Below, in pieces: positions 27,386 through 38,277 of a stretch of 64,000 nucleotides of DNA (positions are counted from its first letter, which is position 1; every line of letters starts with the position of its first letter). The notes under the pieces are model-generated. The model was given only the letters and a program-made list of their open reading frames with translations, ran no database searches and was not told the DNA's origin. The position numbers and the translations under genes are program-made. The DNA comes from Candidatus Latescibacterota bacterium (lineage in GTDB: Bacteria; Latescibacterota; UBA2968; UBA8231): positions 4,288,001 through 4,352,000 of the forward strand of contig OZ220089.1 of assembly GCA_964291625.2 (NCBI GenBank), given 5' to 3'.

Positions 27386-28828
27386 TCAGGCGGCCTGCTC
27401 CAGGACCCTGGCGCCCCGCAGCAGCGTCGCCTCCTCGAAGGGGCGGGCCATCAGCTGCACGCCGATGGGCAGCCCCTCGGCCGAGGTGGCCGCGGGGACC
27501 GAGATGCCGGGCAGGCCGGCCAGGTTCAGGGACGTGGTGTAGATGTCGTTCAGGTACATCTGCAGCGGGTCTTCCAGCTGCTCGCCGAGAGGGAAGGCCG
27601 TGGTGGGAGCCACCGGCGACAGCAACAGGTCGCAGTTGTCGAAAGCGCCCTCGAAGTCGCGCCGGATCAGGGTGCGGACCTTCTGCGCCTTGAGATAGTA
27701 GGCATCGTAGTATCCGGCGCTGAGGACGTAGGCGCCGATCAGGATCCGCCGCTGCACCTCGGCGCCGAAGCCCCGGCTGCGGGTCCGGCGGTAGAGGTCC
27801 TGCAGGTCCTCCGGCGCCTCGGCGCGGAACCCGTAGCGGACGCCGTCGAAGCGCGACAGGTTGGCCGAGGCCTCGGCCATGGCGATCACGTAGTAGCAGC
27901 TGACACAGTAGTCAGGGTCGCCCGCCACCGACAGCGAGACGTCGACGATCTCGGCCCCCGCCCCGCCCAGCCGCTGGGCCGCCGCCTCGGCGGCGGCGCG
28001 GATCTCGGCGTCGAGACCGGGGCCGTAGAACTCCTTCGCCCAGCCGATCCTCAGACCCTCCACCCCCGCGTCGAGTTTCGCCCGGAAGTCGGGAACCTCG
28101 CGGTCCACGGAGGTCGCGTCCCTCGGGTCGCGGCCGGAGATGACGGTCAGCAGGAGGGCGGCGTCCTCCACGTCCTTGGTCACCGGGCCGACCTGGTCGA
28201 GGGAGGAGGCGTAGGCCACCAGTCCGTACCGGGAGACGCGGCCGTACGTCGGCTTGAGCCCGACGACGCCGCAGTAAGCCGCCGGCTGGCGCACCGAGCC
28301 CCCCGTGTCGGAGCCGAGGGCGAGGACGGTCTCGTGGGCGGCCACGGCGGCCGCCGAACCGCCGCTCGACCCGCCCGGCACGCGCCCCGGATCGACGGGA
28401 TTCCGCGTCGGCCCGAAGCAGGAGCTCTCGGTGGAGGAGCCCATGGAGAACTCGTCCATGTTGGTCTTGCCCACGAGGACGGCGTCGGCCTGCCGCACCC
28501 GCTCCACGGCGGTGGCGTCGTAGGGGGCCACGTAGTCGCGGAGGATCTCGGAGCCGCAGGTGGTGGGCCCGCCCCGGACGCAGAGCACGTCCTTGACGGC
28601 CAGGGGGACCCCGGCGAGGGCGCCCACGGGCTCGCCGGCCTGCCGCCGCCGGTCGACGTCGGAGGCCCGCTGCAGGGCGCCGTCGGCGTCGACGCTGATG
28701 AAGGCGTTCACCTCGGCGTCGCGGTCCTCGACCCGGTCGAGGACCTGCCGCGTCAGCTCGGTGGAGGTGAGCTCGCCGGCCTCGAGCCGGTGCAGCGCCT
28801 CGTGGGCGGTGAGCTCGGCGAGACTCAG
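27386..28828 (-). CDS. gatA: Glu-tRNA(Gln)/Asp-tRNA(Asn) amidotransferase subunit A
   Basis: [55 protein letters not shown]; start apparently CTG overlapping the tatA stop. Confidence 0.95.
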   Translation of the reverse strand: MSLAELTAHEALHRLEAGELTSTELTRQVLDRVEDRDAEVNAFISVDADGALQRASDVDRRRQAGEPVGALAGVPLAVKDVLCVRGGPTTCGSEILRDYVAPYDATAVERVRQADAVLVGKTNMDEFSMGSSTESSCFGPTRNPVDPGRVPGGSSGGSAAAVAAHETVLALGSDTGGSVRQPAAYCGVVGLKPTYGRVSRYGLVAYASSLDQVGPVTKDVEDAALLLTVISGRDPRDATSVDREVPDFRAKLDAGVEGLRIGWAKEFYGPGLDAEIRAAAEAAAQRLGGAGAEIVDVSLSVAGDPDYCVSCYYVIAMAEASANLSRFDGVRYGFRAEAPEDLQDLYRRTRSRGFGAEVQRRILIGAYVLSAGYYDAYYLKAQKVRTLIRRDFEGAFDNCDLLLSPVAPTTAFPLGEQLEDPLQMYLNDIYTTSLNLAGLPGISVPAATSAEGLPIGVQLMARPFEEATLLRGARVLEQAA

Positions 28829-29118
28829 TTGCGGGCCTCTTCCCGCGCCGGGGGGGCGCCCGGGTCGTCGGAGGGGGAAGCCTCGGCCGGGGAGGCGCCG
28901 GCCTCGCGGGCCACGGAGCCGGAGGCGGGGGTGGCGATCCGGTTGGGCGCCGCCTCCTGGCCCGCCGTCTCCACCTCGTCCCGCACGTCCTTCACGGCGC
29001 CGCGGAACTCGCGGATTCCCTTGCCCAGACCCCGGGCCATCTCGGGAATGCGCTTGGCCCCGAAGAGGAGCAGGACCACGAGGAAGATGATCAGCAATTC
29101 CCAATGACTCGGAAACAT
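28825..29118 (-). CDS. tatA: Twin-arginine translocase TatA/E
   Basis: [34 protein letters not shown]. Confidence 0.95.
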   Translation of the reverse strand: MFPSHWELLIIFLVVLLLFGAKRIPEMARGLGKGIREFRGAVKDVRDEVETAGQEAAPNRIATPASGSVAREAGASPAEASPSDDPGAPPAREEARN

Positions 29119-29137
29119 GGTCGGTTCTCCGGGAGAT

Positions 29138-29419
29138 TCAGTACGAGTACTTGAAGTAGTACCAGCCGGCGAAGATGCCGAGCAGGGTGATGACGTTGAA
29201 GCTCAGGCCCAGCTCGAACTGGAAGGAGAGGATGATGAGGTCCAGGCGGTGGGGCCCGATCTCGTAGCGGAAGAAGTCCAGCAGGGCCCGCTCCACGATG
29301 CTGCTCTCACCGGCGACGAAGCGCAGGACGATGCGCAGGGACTCGCCGATGACGCTGCCGCTGACGGCGCTCACCAGCAGGATGAGGACCAGGTAACTGA
29401 CCGGCTTGTCCCTGAACAT
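29138..29419 (-). CDS. DUF4321-like small membrane protein
   Basis: Two hydrophobic segments; [23 protein letters not shown] pattern. Confidence 0.7.
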   Translation of the reverse strand: MFRDKPVSYLVLILLVSAVSGSVIGESLRIVLRFVAGESSIVERALLDFFRYEIGPHRLDLIILSFQFELGLSFNVITLLGIFAGWYYFKYSY

Positions 29420-29436
29420 CGGCCGCCTTCATCCCT

Positions 29437-30150
29437 TCAGGCGTGCTGAGTCACCTCGTCGCTGAACAGGCCGGCGACCCAGCGGTAGAGCCCGGAGAGC
29501 AGGTAGATCAGGGCGATGGGAAAGAAGAATTCCTTTGACGTGGCCGGATGGACGATGAGGGCCACGGCGGCGACGAGAAAGACCTGCTTGCAGCGGTCCC
29601 TGAGCCCGCCGGACCGGAAGCTGGGCATGGAGTCGTACTCGACGCGGCTGACCATCAGCATGGACAGGGAAAAGGTCAGCAGCACGCCGAGGTGGGCGGC
29701 GTGGGCCGTCGCCCAGGAATGTCCGGTGAAGACGATGTACTGGCTCAGGACGATGGCGGCGGCGGGGATCGGCATCCCCGTGAAGAACTCTCCCTTGCCC
29801 TCGTCCTGGCTCATGATGTTGAAGCGCGCCAGGCGCAGGGCGCCGCAGACGAGAAAGACCGAGGCCAGGGCTGCCCCCCACCCGGTGGGCAGGAGTCCGT
29901 GGTAGAGCATGAAGGCGGGGACGACGCCGAAGGTGCAGACATCGGCGAGGGAGTCGAACTCGATGCCGAACCGGGAGTCGCGGCCCATGTAACGGGCCAG
30001 GCGTCCGTCCATGTTGTCGAGGGCGCTGGCGAGGACGATCAGCCAGGCGGCGGGCACGTAGTTCCCCTCGACGATGTAGCGCAGCGCCAGGAAGCCGCAG
30101 AGCAGGTTGCCCACGGTGAACAGGTTGGGGATGAGGCCTCGGTTGATCAC
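29437..30150 (-). CDS. pssA: CDP-diacylglycerol--serine O-phosphatidyltransferase
   Basis: IPNLFTVGNLLCG, DNMDGRLAR..FGIEFDSLAD, LRLARFN; GTG start overlaps the psd stop. Confidence 0.93.
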   Translation of the reverse strand: MINRGLIPNLFTVGNLLCGFLALRYIVEGNYVPAAWLIVLASALDNMDGRLARYMGRDSRFGIEFDSLADVCTFGVVPAFMLYHGLLPTGWGAALASVFLVCGALRLARFNIMSQDEGKGEFFTGMPIPAAAIVLSQYIVFTGHSWATAHAAHLGVLLTFSLSMLMVSRVEYDSMPSFRSGGLRDRCKQVFLVAAVALIVHPATSKEFFFPIALIYLLSGLYRWVAGLFSDEVTQHA

Positions 30151-30782
30151 GCCAGGACTCCCATGACGGTTTCGCCGCCCCGTACCCGGTCGCCCACCGA
30201 GACCTCGATCCGGGCGGACTCCGGAAGGATGAGGTCGACCCTCGAGCCGAAGCGGATCAGCCCGAAGCGCTCGCCCCGGCGCACCTGCTGGCCGGGGACC
30301 AGCCGGCAGGCGATGCGGCGGGCCAGGATGCCGACGATCTGCTTGACCACGAGCCGGTGGCCCCCGCAGCGGATGCCGATCACGCTCTGCTCGTTCTCCT
30401 CGGAGGCCTGCTCGGCGTAGGCCACGCGGTAGCTCCCGGAGCGCCGGTCGACGAAGTCGACCTCGCCCTCGTGGGGGACGCGGTTCACGTGCACGTTGAA
30501 GACCGACAGGAAGACGCTGATGCGCGTGCCCGGCCCGCCGAGGTAGTCGTCGTGCGCCACCGGCTCGACGGAGACCACGCGGCCGTCGGCGGCGGAGACC
30601 ACGGCGCCCGGCAGCCCGGGCGCCTGCCGGCGGGGATCGCGGAAGAAGAAGGCCATGAACACCGTCGCGAGTCCGAAGACCGCGGACCCCGGGGCCAGCG
30701 CGGGGTTCCACTGGCGGGCGTACCAGCAGGCCGCGGCCAGCAGCAGGCCGGCGGCCACGAAGGGGATCCCCTCACGGGCCAT
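30147..30782 (-). CDS. psd: Phosphatidylserine decarboxylase proenzyme
   Basis: FFRDP, SAADG, FNVHVNR, RFGSRVDL self-cleavage motif. Confidence 0.95.
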   Translation of the reverse strand: MAREGIPFVAAGLLLAAACWYARQWNPALAPGSAVFGLATVFMAFFFRDPRRQAPGLPGAVVSAADGRVVSVEPVAHDDYLGGPGTRISVFLSVFNVHVNRVPHEGEVDFVDRRSGSYRVAYAEQASEENEQSVIGIRCGGHRLVVKQIVGILARRIACRLVPGQQVRRGERFGLIRFGSRVDLILPESARIEVSVGDRVRGGETVMGVLA

Positions 30783-31886
<1,104 letters not shown>

Positions 31887-31904
31887 GGGGCCTGGACTAA
31901 GCTG

Positions 31905-32711
31905 CTACAGAGCGCCGGGGCTCTCAAGGGGGTCGGGCCCCGAGGCGCCGCCCACCTCTTCGGGGTAGCGCACCCGCAGCAGGCACAGGCCCCTCGCCGG
32001 GGAGGTGGCGCCGGCGAGGGAGCGGTCGGCCCCCTCGAGCAGCTCCAGGAACCGCCGCGGGCTCCGCTGCCCCTGGCCCACCTCCACCAGGGTTCCCACG
32101 AGGGCCCGCACCATGTGCCGCAGGAAGCGATCCGCCTCGATCTCGAAGCTCCACCGGTGGCCGCGGCGGCGCCACTCGGCAGCGTCGATCCGGCAGGCGT
32201 AGCTCTCCGGCGGAAGGTCGGCCTTGCAGAAGGCGCGGAAGTCGAGGGTGCCTCTCAGGCCCGCCGCGGCTTCGGCCATGGGCTCCAGGTCCAGTTGCCG
32301 CTGCAGGGTCCACACGGCGTGCCGGCCGAGGGCGTGGCGCGCCGTGTCGATGCGGTAGCGGTAGCGCTTGCCCAGGGCGCCGTAGCGGGCGTGGAAGCCG
32401 GCGGGCACGTCCAGCACCCGGAGGACGGCGACATCCTCGGGCAGCAGGGCGTTCAGGCCCCGGAGGATGCGGTCTGCCTCCATGGACGACCGCACGCGGG
32501 CATGAGCCACCTGGCCGAGGGCGTGGGTGCCGGCGTCGGTGCGTCCCGAGCCGACTGGTGCGGCCTCCTCCTGCAGCAGGGTGCCTATCGCCGATGCCAG
32601 CGTCCCCTGCACGGTGCGCCCCTCGGCCTGGTCCTGCCAGCCCACGAAGCCGGAGCCGTCGTACTCCAGGTCCAGGCGGAGGGTCCGCCCCTCCTCGGGT
32701 GTGGGGCTCAC
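31905..32711 (-). CDS. truA: tRNA pseudouridine(38-40) synthase
   Basis: EYDGSGFVGWQ, GRTDAGTHALGQV, FLRHMVRALVG. Confidence 0.95.
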   Translation of the reverse strand: MSPTPEEGRTLRLDLEYDGSGFVGWQDQAEGRTVQGTLASAIGTLLQEEAAPVGSGRTDAGTHALGQVAHARVRSSMEADRILRGLNALLPEDVAVLRVLDVPAGFHARYGALGKRYRYRIDTARHALGRHAVWTLQRQLDLEPMAEAAAGLRGTLDFRAFCKADLPPESYACRIDAAEWRRRGHRWSFEIEADRFLRHMVRALVGTLVEVGQGQRSPRRFLELLEGADRSLAGATSPARGLCLLRVRYPEEVGGASGPDPLESPGAL

Positions 32712-33511
32712 AGCCGGCCCACCCACAGGATGCCGGCGGCCACCCCCGCCGACAGCAGCGCCGCCGCGGCGTCGAGCCGGCCAAGGCGAAGCTGGCGGTA
32801 GCTGGTGCGGCCCTCGCCGCGGTAGCCGCGGGCCTCCATGGCCACGGCCAGCCGGTCGGCGCGCGCGAAGGCCGACACGAACAGCGGCAGCAGCAGGGGC
32901 ACGAGCTTGCGGGCGCGGCGCACCGGGTTGCCGCTGAACTCGGCGCCGCGGGACATCTGGGCCTTCTGCAGGCGCTCGGCCTCCTCGGCCAGGACCGGGA
33001 TGAAGCGCAGGGCGATGGAGATCGTCATGGCCAGCTCGTGGGACGGGACCCGCAGCCGGCGCAGGGGCCGCAGCAGCCGTTCCAGGCCGTCGGTCAGCTC
33101 CAGGGGCGAGGTGGTGAGCGTGAGCAGGGCCGCGGCGGTCATCACCGCCGCCAGCCGCAGGGTGAAGAGCGCCGCCGACTGCAGTCCCTCGCGCGTCGCC
33201 AGAAGGTCGAGCCAGGGCACGCGCCAGACCGGCTCTCCCGGGGTGTTGAAGGCATGGAGCAGGGCGGTGATCAGCAGCAGCCACAGGAAGGACCGCAGGT
33301 TCCGCGCCAGCAGCGCCGGCGGCAGCCGCGACAGGCCGGCGGCGAGGAGGACGAAGAGGCCGAAGGCGCAGACCGGCGCCAGGCCCTGGGAGGCGAGGGC
33401 GACGGTCATCATGACGGTCACCGTGACCAGCTTGGTCCGCGGGTCGAGGCGGTGCAGCAGGGAGTCGCCGGCGACGTACTTGCCGAGGGCGATGTTGCCG
33501 AGGAGCGGCAC
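32708..33511 (-). CDS. ecfT: ECF transporter transmembrane subunit
   Basis: LHRLDPRTKL, IALRFIPVL, KAQMSRG, AMEARGY. Confidence 0.93.
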   Translation of the reverse strand: MPLLGNIALGKYVAGDSLLHRLDPRTKLVTVTVMMTVALASQGLAPVCAFGLFVLLAAGLSRLPPALLARNLRSFLWLLLITALLHAFNTPGEPVWRVPWLDLLATREGLQSAALFTLRLAAVMTAAALLTLTTSPLELTDGLERLLRPLRRLRVPSHELAMTISIALRFIPVLAEEAERLQKAQMSRGAEFSGNPVRRARKLVPLLLPLFVSAFARADRLAVAMEARGYRGEGRTSYRQLRLGRLDAAAALLSAGVAAGILWVGRL

Positions 33512-33514
33512 GGG

Positions 33515-33925
33515 TCAGGGGGGGTTCGTACGCAGCAGGTCCATCTTTGCGAGATGGGGAACGAAGTCGCAGTACCGGGAAACCGCATAACCCTCCCGCG
33601 TCGTCGTCTCCATGAGATCACGGGACAGGACACGTATGCCGTCGCGGAGCACATGGTAGTACAGCACCGGGGGGGCCTGGTTGAGGACGAGCAGATCGAC
33701 GTCGTTGTAGTGAAGGCCGCCGATCAACACGGTCGTGAGCTCTGCCCGGTATCCGAAGGGGCTCTCTTCGACCCGGCTCTCGTCGATGTACACGGCGACG
33801 TCGATGTCGCTGTGGGGCTGCGCAACGCCCTGGGCGTGGGAGCCGAACAGGTAGGCCTCCAGAACCTCCGGGCGGGGCTCGAGCACCTTCGCGATGCGCT
33901 GGTCCAGATCTTGGCGGGGCTTCAT
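33515..33925 (-). CDS. Minimal nucleotidyltransferase (MntA antitoxin-type), possibly C-terminally truncated
   Basis: AYLFGSHAQGVAQPHSDIDVAV (GS-x10-DxD), VDLLVLNQAPP. Confidence 0.88.
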   Translation of the reverse strand: MKPRQDLDQRIAKVLEPRPEVLEAYLFGSHAQGVAQPHSDIDVAVYIDESRVEESPFGYRAELTTVLIGGLHYNDVDLLVLNQAPPVLYYHVLRDGIRVLSRDLMETTTREGYAVSRYCDFVPHLAKMDLLRTNPP

Positions 33926-33977
33926 TGTCGCTGCTCGGCGATCCGCGGGTCCGCGGCGGACCCACTGCCAAGGGAGC

Positions 33978-34388
33978 CTAAGTTGCGGCGCTCTCCTCCG
34001 TCGCCTCAAGCGCATCGACAACCTCCCGGGCCGCAATTTCCGGGCTGTCCATCACGATGTAACGCATTGACCGGAGCGGACCTGGCAGATCGCCGGCCTT
34101 CAGTTCCTTGGCCACGATGGGGATCACCCTCTTGCCCATGGCCAGGGAGGCACCTAGCTCGAAGTTGAACCAGGAGGAATTGATGCTCCCGGGACTGACG
34201 ACGAGGACTATGTACTCGCTGCTCCGTAGACCATTCTCAACCTTGTCTGCCCACGGCTCGCCCACAGCGACCTCTCGTTCAAAGGACCAGACATCCTTTC
34301 CGGCACCAAGTAGCTGGTCGACAAAGCCGCGGACCCAATCGCTGTCCGACTGCACGTGGGAAATGAAGACTCGTGGCGACTCGCTCAT
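33978..34388 (-). CDS. Stand-alone TIR domain protein (TIR_2)
   Basis: VFISH, WFNFELGA with the putative catalytic Glu, VIPIV. Confidence 0.9.
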   Translation of the reverse strand: MSESPRVFISHVQSDSDWVRGFVDQLLGAGKDVWSFEREVAVGEPWADKVENGLRSSEYIVLVVSPGSINSSWFNFELGASLAMGKRVIPIVAKELKAGDLPGPLRSMRYIVMDSPEIAAREVVDALEATEESAAT

Positions 34389-34825
34389 TGTTCCCCCACA
34401 GTGGGTTCAGGTGCTGACCTGATTCGTTCCTCGAGTTGCTCCAAGTACGTTTCTATATCGTTCAGTTGGATGAGATTCCTTCTCTTCAGCAGGGTCGGTA
34501 CGTTTGAGTTCGATTGCAGATCTTCAGGGGTGAGGCCGTGCAGCACGCCTACGATCGGAATTTGACGGCCCCAGGCAGCTCCGATCTCGGCCCAGACGTA
34601 CGGCCTGGTCAGCGACCACGGCGTCAGGAGGACCAGCAGTTCCGTTGCGGTGGCGAGAGCCTTGAGAATCCTCTCCTCGAAGTCTTCGCTCACCGCGACA
34701 TCTGTCTCGTCGAGAAAGGTAGAGGCTCCGGCCGCCTCGATCCCCTTGGCAATCTGCCTTGCGACCCAGGTATCGGTGCTGCTGTGGCTGAGGAACACAA
34801 GCCAGGTCGGACCGGACTCGGGCAA
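34385..34825 (-). CDS. Stand-alone TIR domain protein (TIR_2)
   Basis: VFLSHSSTD, FLDE, YVWAEIGAAW with the putative catalytic Glu; its stop overlaps the next ATG. Confidence 0.9.
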   Translation of the reverse strand: MPESGPTWLVFLSHSSTDTWVARQIAKGIEAAGASTFLDETDVAVSEDFEERILKALATATELLVLLTPWSLTRPYVWAEIGAAWGRQIPIVGVLHGLTPEDLQSNSNVPTLLKRRNLIQLNDIETYLEQLEERIRSAPEPTVGEQ

Positions 34826-34914
34826 GTCTGTCGTCTCACTCGTAGAAGGTAGTTGAAATTACAGGGGGACTAAGGCAAGTTCAAGGGGGCTGAAACCGAG
34901 GATTGGACCGCGGA

Positions 34915-37900
34915 ATGACGACCAGAACGACGGCCCGCCTGACGGCGGCGGTCGAGCACTACCTGACCGACCTGCACCGCATCCGCGCCTCCGGCAGCGC
35001 CACGGGAGAGCGCTCTAGCTACGGTCCGCTGGCCAACCTGCTCAACGCCGTCGGCGGCACCCTCAAGCCCAAGGTGTTCTGCGTGGGCGAGCTGGCCGAC
35101 CAGGGGGCAGGCCACCCCGACTTCGGGCTCTACTCGTCGCGGCAGGTGCAGAAGGGGCAGCCCCGCCCGGGGCAGACACCGGAGCGCGGCGTGGTCGAGG
35201 TGAAGTCGGCTGACGACGACGCCTGGCTGACCGCGCACAGCAGACAGGTCAGCCGCTACTGGGACCGCTACAGTCTCGTGCTGGTGACCAACACCCGCGA
35301 CTTCGTGCTCCTCGGGGAGGACTCGGCGCGCCTTCCCGCCAAGCTCGAGACCTTCCGGCTGGCGGAGAGCGCCGACGAGTTCGAGCAGCGCCTGGAGACG
35401 CCCCACGCCTTCGCCCGCGATGTCGGCGCGGGCTTGGCCGAATACCTGGGCCGGGCGCTGGCGCACCGGGCGGCCCTGTCCGAGCCGAGGGATCTCGCCT
35501 GGCTGCTGGCGTCGTACGCCCGCGACGGGCTGGCGCGGGTCGAGGCCGCCGGCGACGCCCAGCCCCTGAAGGCGGTGCGCTCCGCTCTCGAGGAGGCCCT
35601 GGGGGTCCGCTTCGAGGGCCCCCGCGGCGAGGCCTTCTTCCGGTCGACCCTGGTACAGACCCTGTTCTATGGCCTGTTCTCCGCCTGGGTGCTGTGGGCC
35701 CGGCAAGCCAAGCAGGGAGACCGTTTCGACTGGCGCACCTCGGTCTGGCACCTGCGCGCCCCCGTGTTGCGTGCGCTCTTCCATCAACTTTCGGGCCCCG
35801 GCCGCCTGAAGCACCTCGACCTCGTCGAGGTGATGGACTGGACCGCCGCGGCCCTCGACCGGGTGGACCGGCCGGCCTTCTTCTCCCGCTTCAACGAGGG
35901 CGAGGCCGTGCCCTACTTCTACGAGCCCTTCCTCCAAGCCTTCGACCCCGGCCTGCGCAAGCAGCTCGGCGTCTGGTACACGCCATCCGAAGTGGTGCGA
36001 TACATGGTAGCCCGCGTCGACCGGGCGCTGCGCGACGACCTCGGCATCGCCGACGGGCTGGCGGCCGACAACGTCTACGTCCTCGACCCCTGCTGCGGCA
36101 CCGGCGCCTACCTGGCCGAGGTACTGCGCCGCATCGCCGCCAACCTACAAGGCCGCGGCCTCGGCGCCCTCGCCGGCGCTCGGGTGAAGCAGGCGGCCCT
36201 GGAGCGGGTCTTCGGCTTCGAGATCATGCCCGCCCCCTTTGTCGTCGCCCACCTGCAGGTCGGCCTCACCCTGCAGGATCTCGACGCCCCGCTGGCGGAG
36301 GAGGGAGAGGAGCGGGCCACCGTCTTCCTCACCAACGCCCTGACCGGATGGGAGCCGAAGGCCGACAAGCCCCTGCCCTTCCCGGAGTTGGAGGAGGAAC
36401 GGGACCGCGCCGAGCGCGTGAAGCGGGACACGCCGATCCTCGTGATCCTCGGCAATCCACCCTACAACGGATTTGCCGGTATGGCGGTGGAAGAGGAGCG
36501 GGAGCTGTCCGAAGCCTACCGCACGACGAGGCGGGTACGCCGGCCCGAAGGCCAGGGGCTGAACGATCTCTACGTGCGGTTCTTCCGCATGGCGGAAAGG
36601 CGCATCGCCGAAAGGACGGGCCAGGGGGTGGTCTGCTTCATCTCCAACTACTCCTGGCTGGACGGCCTGTCCTTCACCGGCATGCGGGAGCGTTACCTGG
36701 AGGCGTTCGACGCGATCCGCATCGACAATCTGCACGGAGACCGCATCATCTCAGAATATGCGCCTGATGGTCGCACCAGTGAGACTGTCTTCGCCCTGCC
36801 AGGCCAATCCCCGGGTATCAAAGTCGGCACCAGCATCGCCTTGCTTGCCAAGACTGGCAACCCCGTCGACCCATCGAAAGGCGGGCACATCCTATATAGG
36901 GATTTCCATCAGGCAAGAGCCGAGGAGAGACGGGCAGCGTTGTTGGAGAGTCTCGATAGTCCTCAACTGGATGCCGGCTACACAACCTTGGAAATGAATC
37001 TTCGCCTCGGCCTGCCATTCAGGCCCGCGACGGTCAGCGAGGACTGGTTCGGCTGGCCGGCCGTGCCCGACCTGTTTCCAGTTTCCTTTCCAGGCGTCAA
37101 GACCAGCCGCGATGGATTCCTCGTCGATACCGATCTCGACCGACTCAAGGCACGGATTGGCGAGTACTACGACCCAACCTTGAGCCACGACGACATCGCG
37201 CGTCGCTATCCAGGTGTGATGAAGAGCACGGCGCGGTATGACGCCCGTGCAGTGCGGGATGCGCTGCTCGCACGCGGTGGACCGATTGACACCGGTTTCG
37301 TCCGCCACGCTTATAGACCCCTAGACAATCGATGGATCTATTGGGAGGCCGACACTCAGTTGCTCGACAGGAACCGTGCGGACTACAAGCCGCACGTGTT
37401 CGAGGGCAATCTATGGCTTGGCTCGAGCAAACGAGAAGTCCACGAAGAGTTCTCCAACGGCATCTTGACGTATCATCTCGGAAACTGGAAGCTCGGCAAC
37501 TGGGGGATTCACTTCTTTCCTCTATGGCTCCGAGACGAGGGCTTTGGAGTCGGCAACGAGGCCCAACGGCGTCCGAACATCTCTGGCGCCGCTCAAGGAT
37601 ACCTACAGCGTCTCGGAGCGAGCGTAGAGGATCTGTTTCACCACGTCCTCGTCACCGTCCACCATCCCGACTACCGCAAAGCCAACGCAGGGGCGCTCCG
37701 CATGGAATGGCCGCGCATCCCGCTGCCTGGCTGGGCCGATGGCGAAACCTCGGGCGCGGCCGAGGCGCTTGCCGAATCGGCCGCGAGGGGCCGTGGACTG
37801 GCCCGCCTCCTCGACCCGGACACGCCGGTACCCGGCGTCACCTACGGTGAGTTGCGGCCGGGATCCGCCTCCCTCGCCGTACCCGCCACCACCGCCGGGT

Positions 37901-38277
37901 GCAACATGACCAGCGACGACTTCGCGGTCACCGCCGGGTGGGGCCACTTCGGAACAGGCGATGTCGTCATGCCGGGCAAGGGCCGCATCGTCGAGCGCGA
38001 CTACACCCCTTCGGAACGCGCCGCCCTCGGCGACGCAATACCTACGCTCGGCGTCAAGACGCTCGACGTGTACCTGAATGACCGGGCCTTCTGGAGCAAC
38101 GTCCCCGCCGGCATCTGGGACTACAAACTCGGCGGCTACCAAGTCCTCAAGAAATGGCTGTCCTACCGAGAACGCGTTGTCCTTGGGCGAAGTCTGTCGG
38201 CGGAGGAAGTGCTGTACTTTGCAGAAACCGCTAGGAGGGTGGCGCGGATAAGGCTGTCAAGCCGATGCTTGGGATAG
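34915..38277 (+). CDS. Single-chain restriction-modification enzyme (nuclease + N6-adenine MTase + type ISP-like specificity domain, no helicase)
   Basis: N-terminal PDF...VEVK (PD-(D/E)xK-like), GVWYTP, LDPCCGTG (motif I), GNPPY (motif IV), AYRPLD, LGGYQVLKKWLSYR. Confidence 0.88.
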   Translation: MTTRTTARLTAAVEHYLTDLHRIRASGSATGERSSYGPLANLLNAVGGTLKPKVFCVGELADQGAGHPDFGLYSSRQVQKGQPRPGQTPERGVVEVKSADDDAWLTAHSRQVSRYWDRYSLVLVTNTRDFVLLGEDSARLPAKLETFRLAESADEFEQRLETPHAFARDVGAGLAEYLGRALAHRAALSEPRDLAWLLASYARDGLARVEAAGDAQPLKAVRSALEEALGVRFEGPRGEAFFRSTLVQTLFYGLFSAWVLWARQAKQGDRFDWRTSVWHLRAPVLRALFHQLSGPGRLKHLDLVEVMDWTAAALDRVDRPAFFSRFNEGEAVPYFYEPFLQAFDPGLRKQLGVWYTPSEVVRYMVARVDRALRDDLGIADGLAADNVYVLDPCCGTGAYLAEVLRRIAANLQGRGLGALAGARVKQAALERVFGFEIMPAPFVVAHLQVGLTLQDLDAPLAEEGEERATVFLTNALTGWEPKADKPLPFPELEEERDRAERVKRDTPILVILGNPPYNGFAGMAVEEERELSEAYRTTRRVRRPEGQGLNDLYVRFFRMAERRIAERTGQGVVCFISNYSWLDGLSFTGMRERYLEAFDAIRIDNLHGDRIISEYAPDGRTSETVFALPGQSPGIKVGTSIALLAKTGNPVDPSKGGHILYRDFHQARAEERRAALLESLDSPQLDAGYTTLEMNLRLGLPFRPATVSEDWFGWPAVPDLFPVSFPGVKTSRDGFLVDTDLDRLKARIGEYYDPTLSHDDIARRYPGVMKSTARYDARAVRDALLARGGPIDTGFVRHAYRPLDNRWIYWEADTQLLDRNRADYKPHVFEGNLWLGSSKREVHEEFSNGILTYHLGNWKLGNWGIHFFPLWLRDEGFGVGNEAQRRPNISGAAQGYLQRLGASVEDLFHHVLVTVHHPDYRKANAGALRMEWPRIPLPGWADGETSGAAEALAESAARGRGLARLLDPDTPVPGVTYGELRPGSASLAVPATTAGCNMTSDDFAVTAGWGHFGTGDVVMPGKGRIVERDYTPSERAALGDAIPTLGVKTLDVYLNDRAFWSNVPAGIWDYKLGGYQVLKKWLSYRERVVLGRSLSAEEVLYFAETARRVARIRLSSRCLG

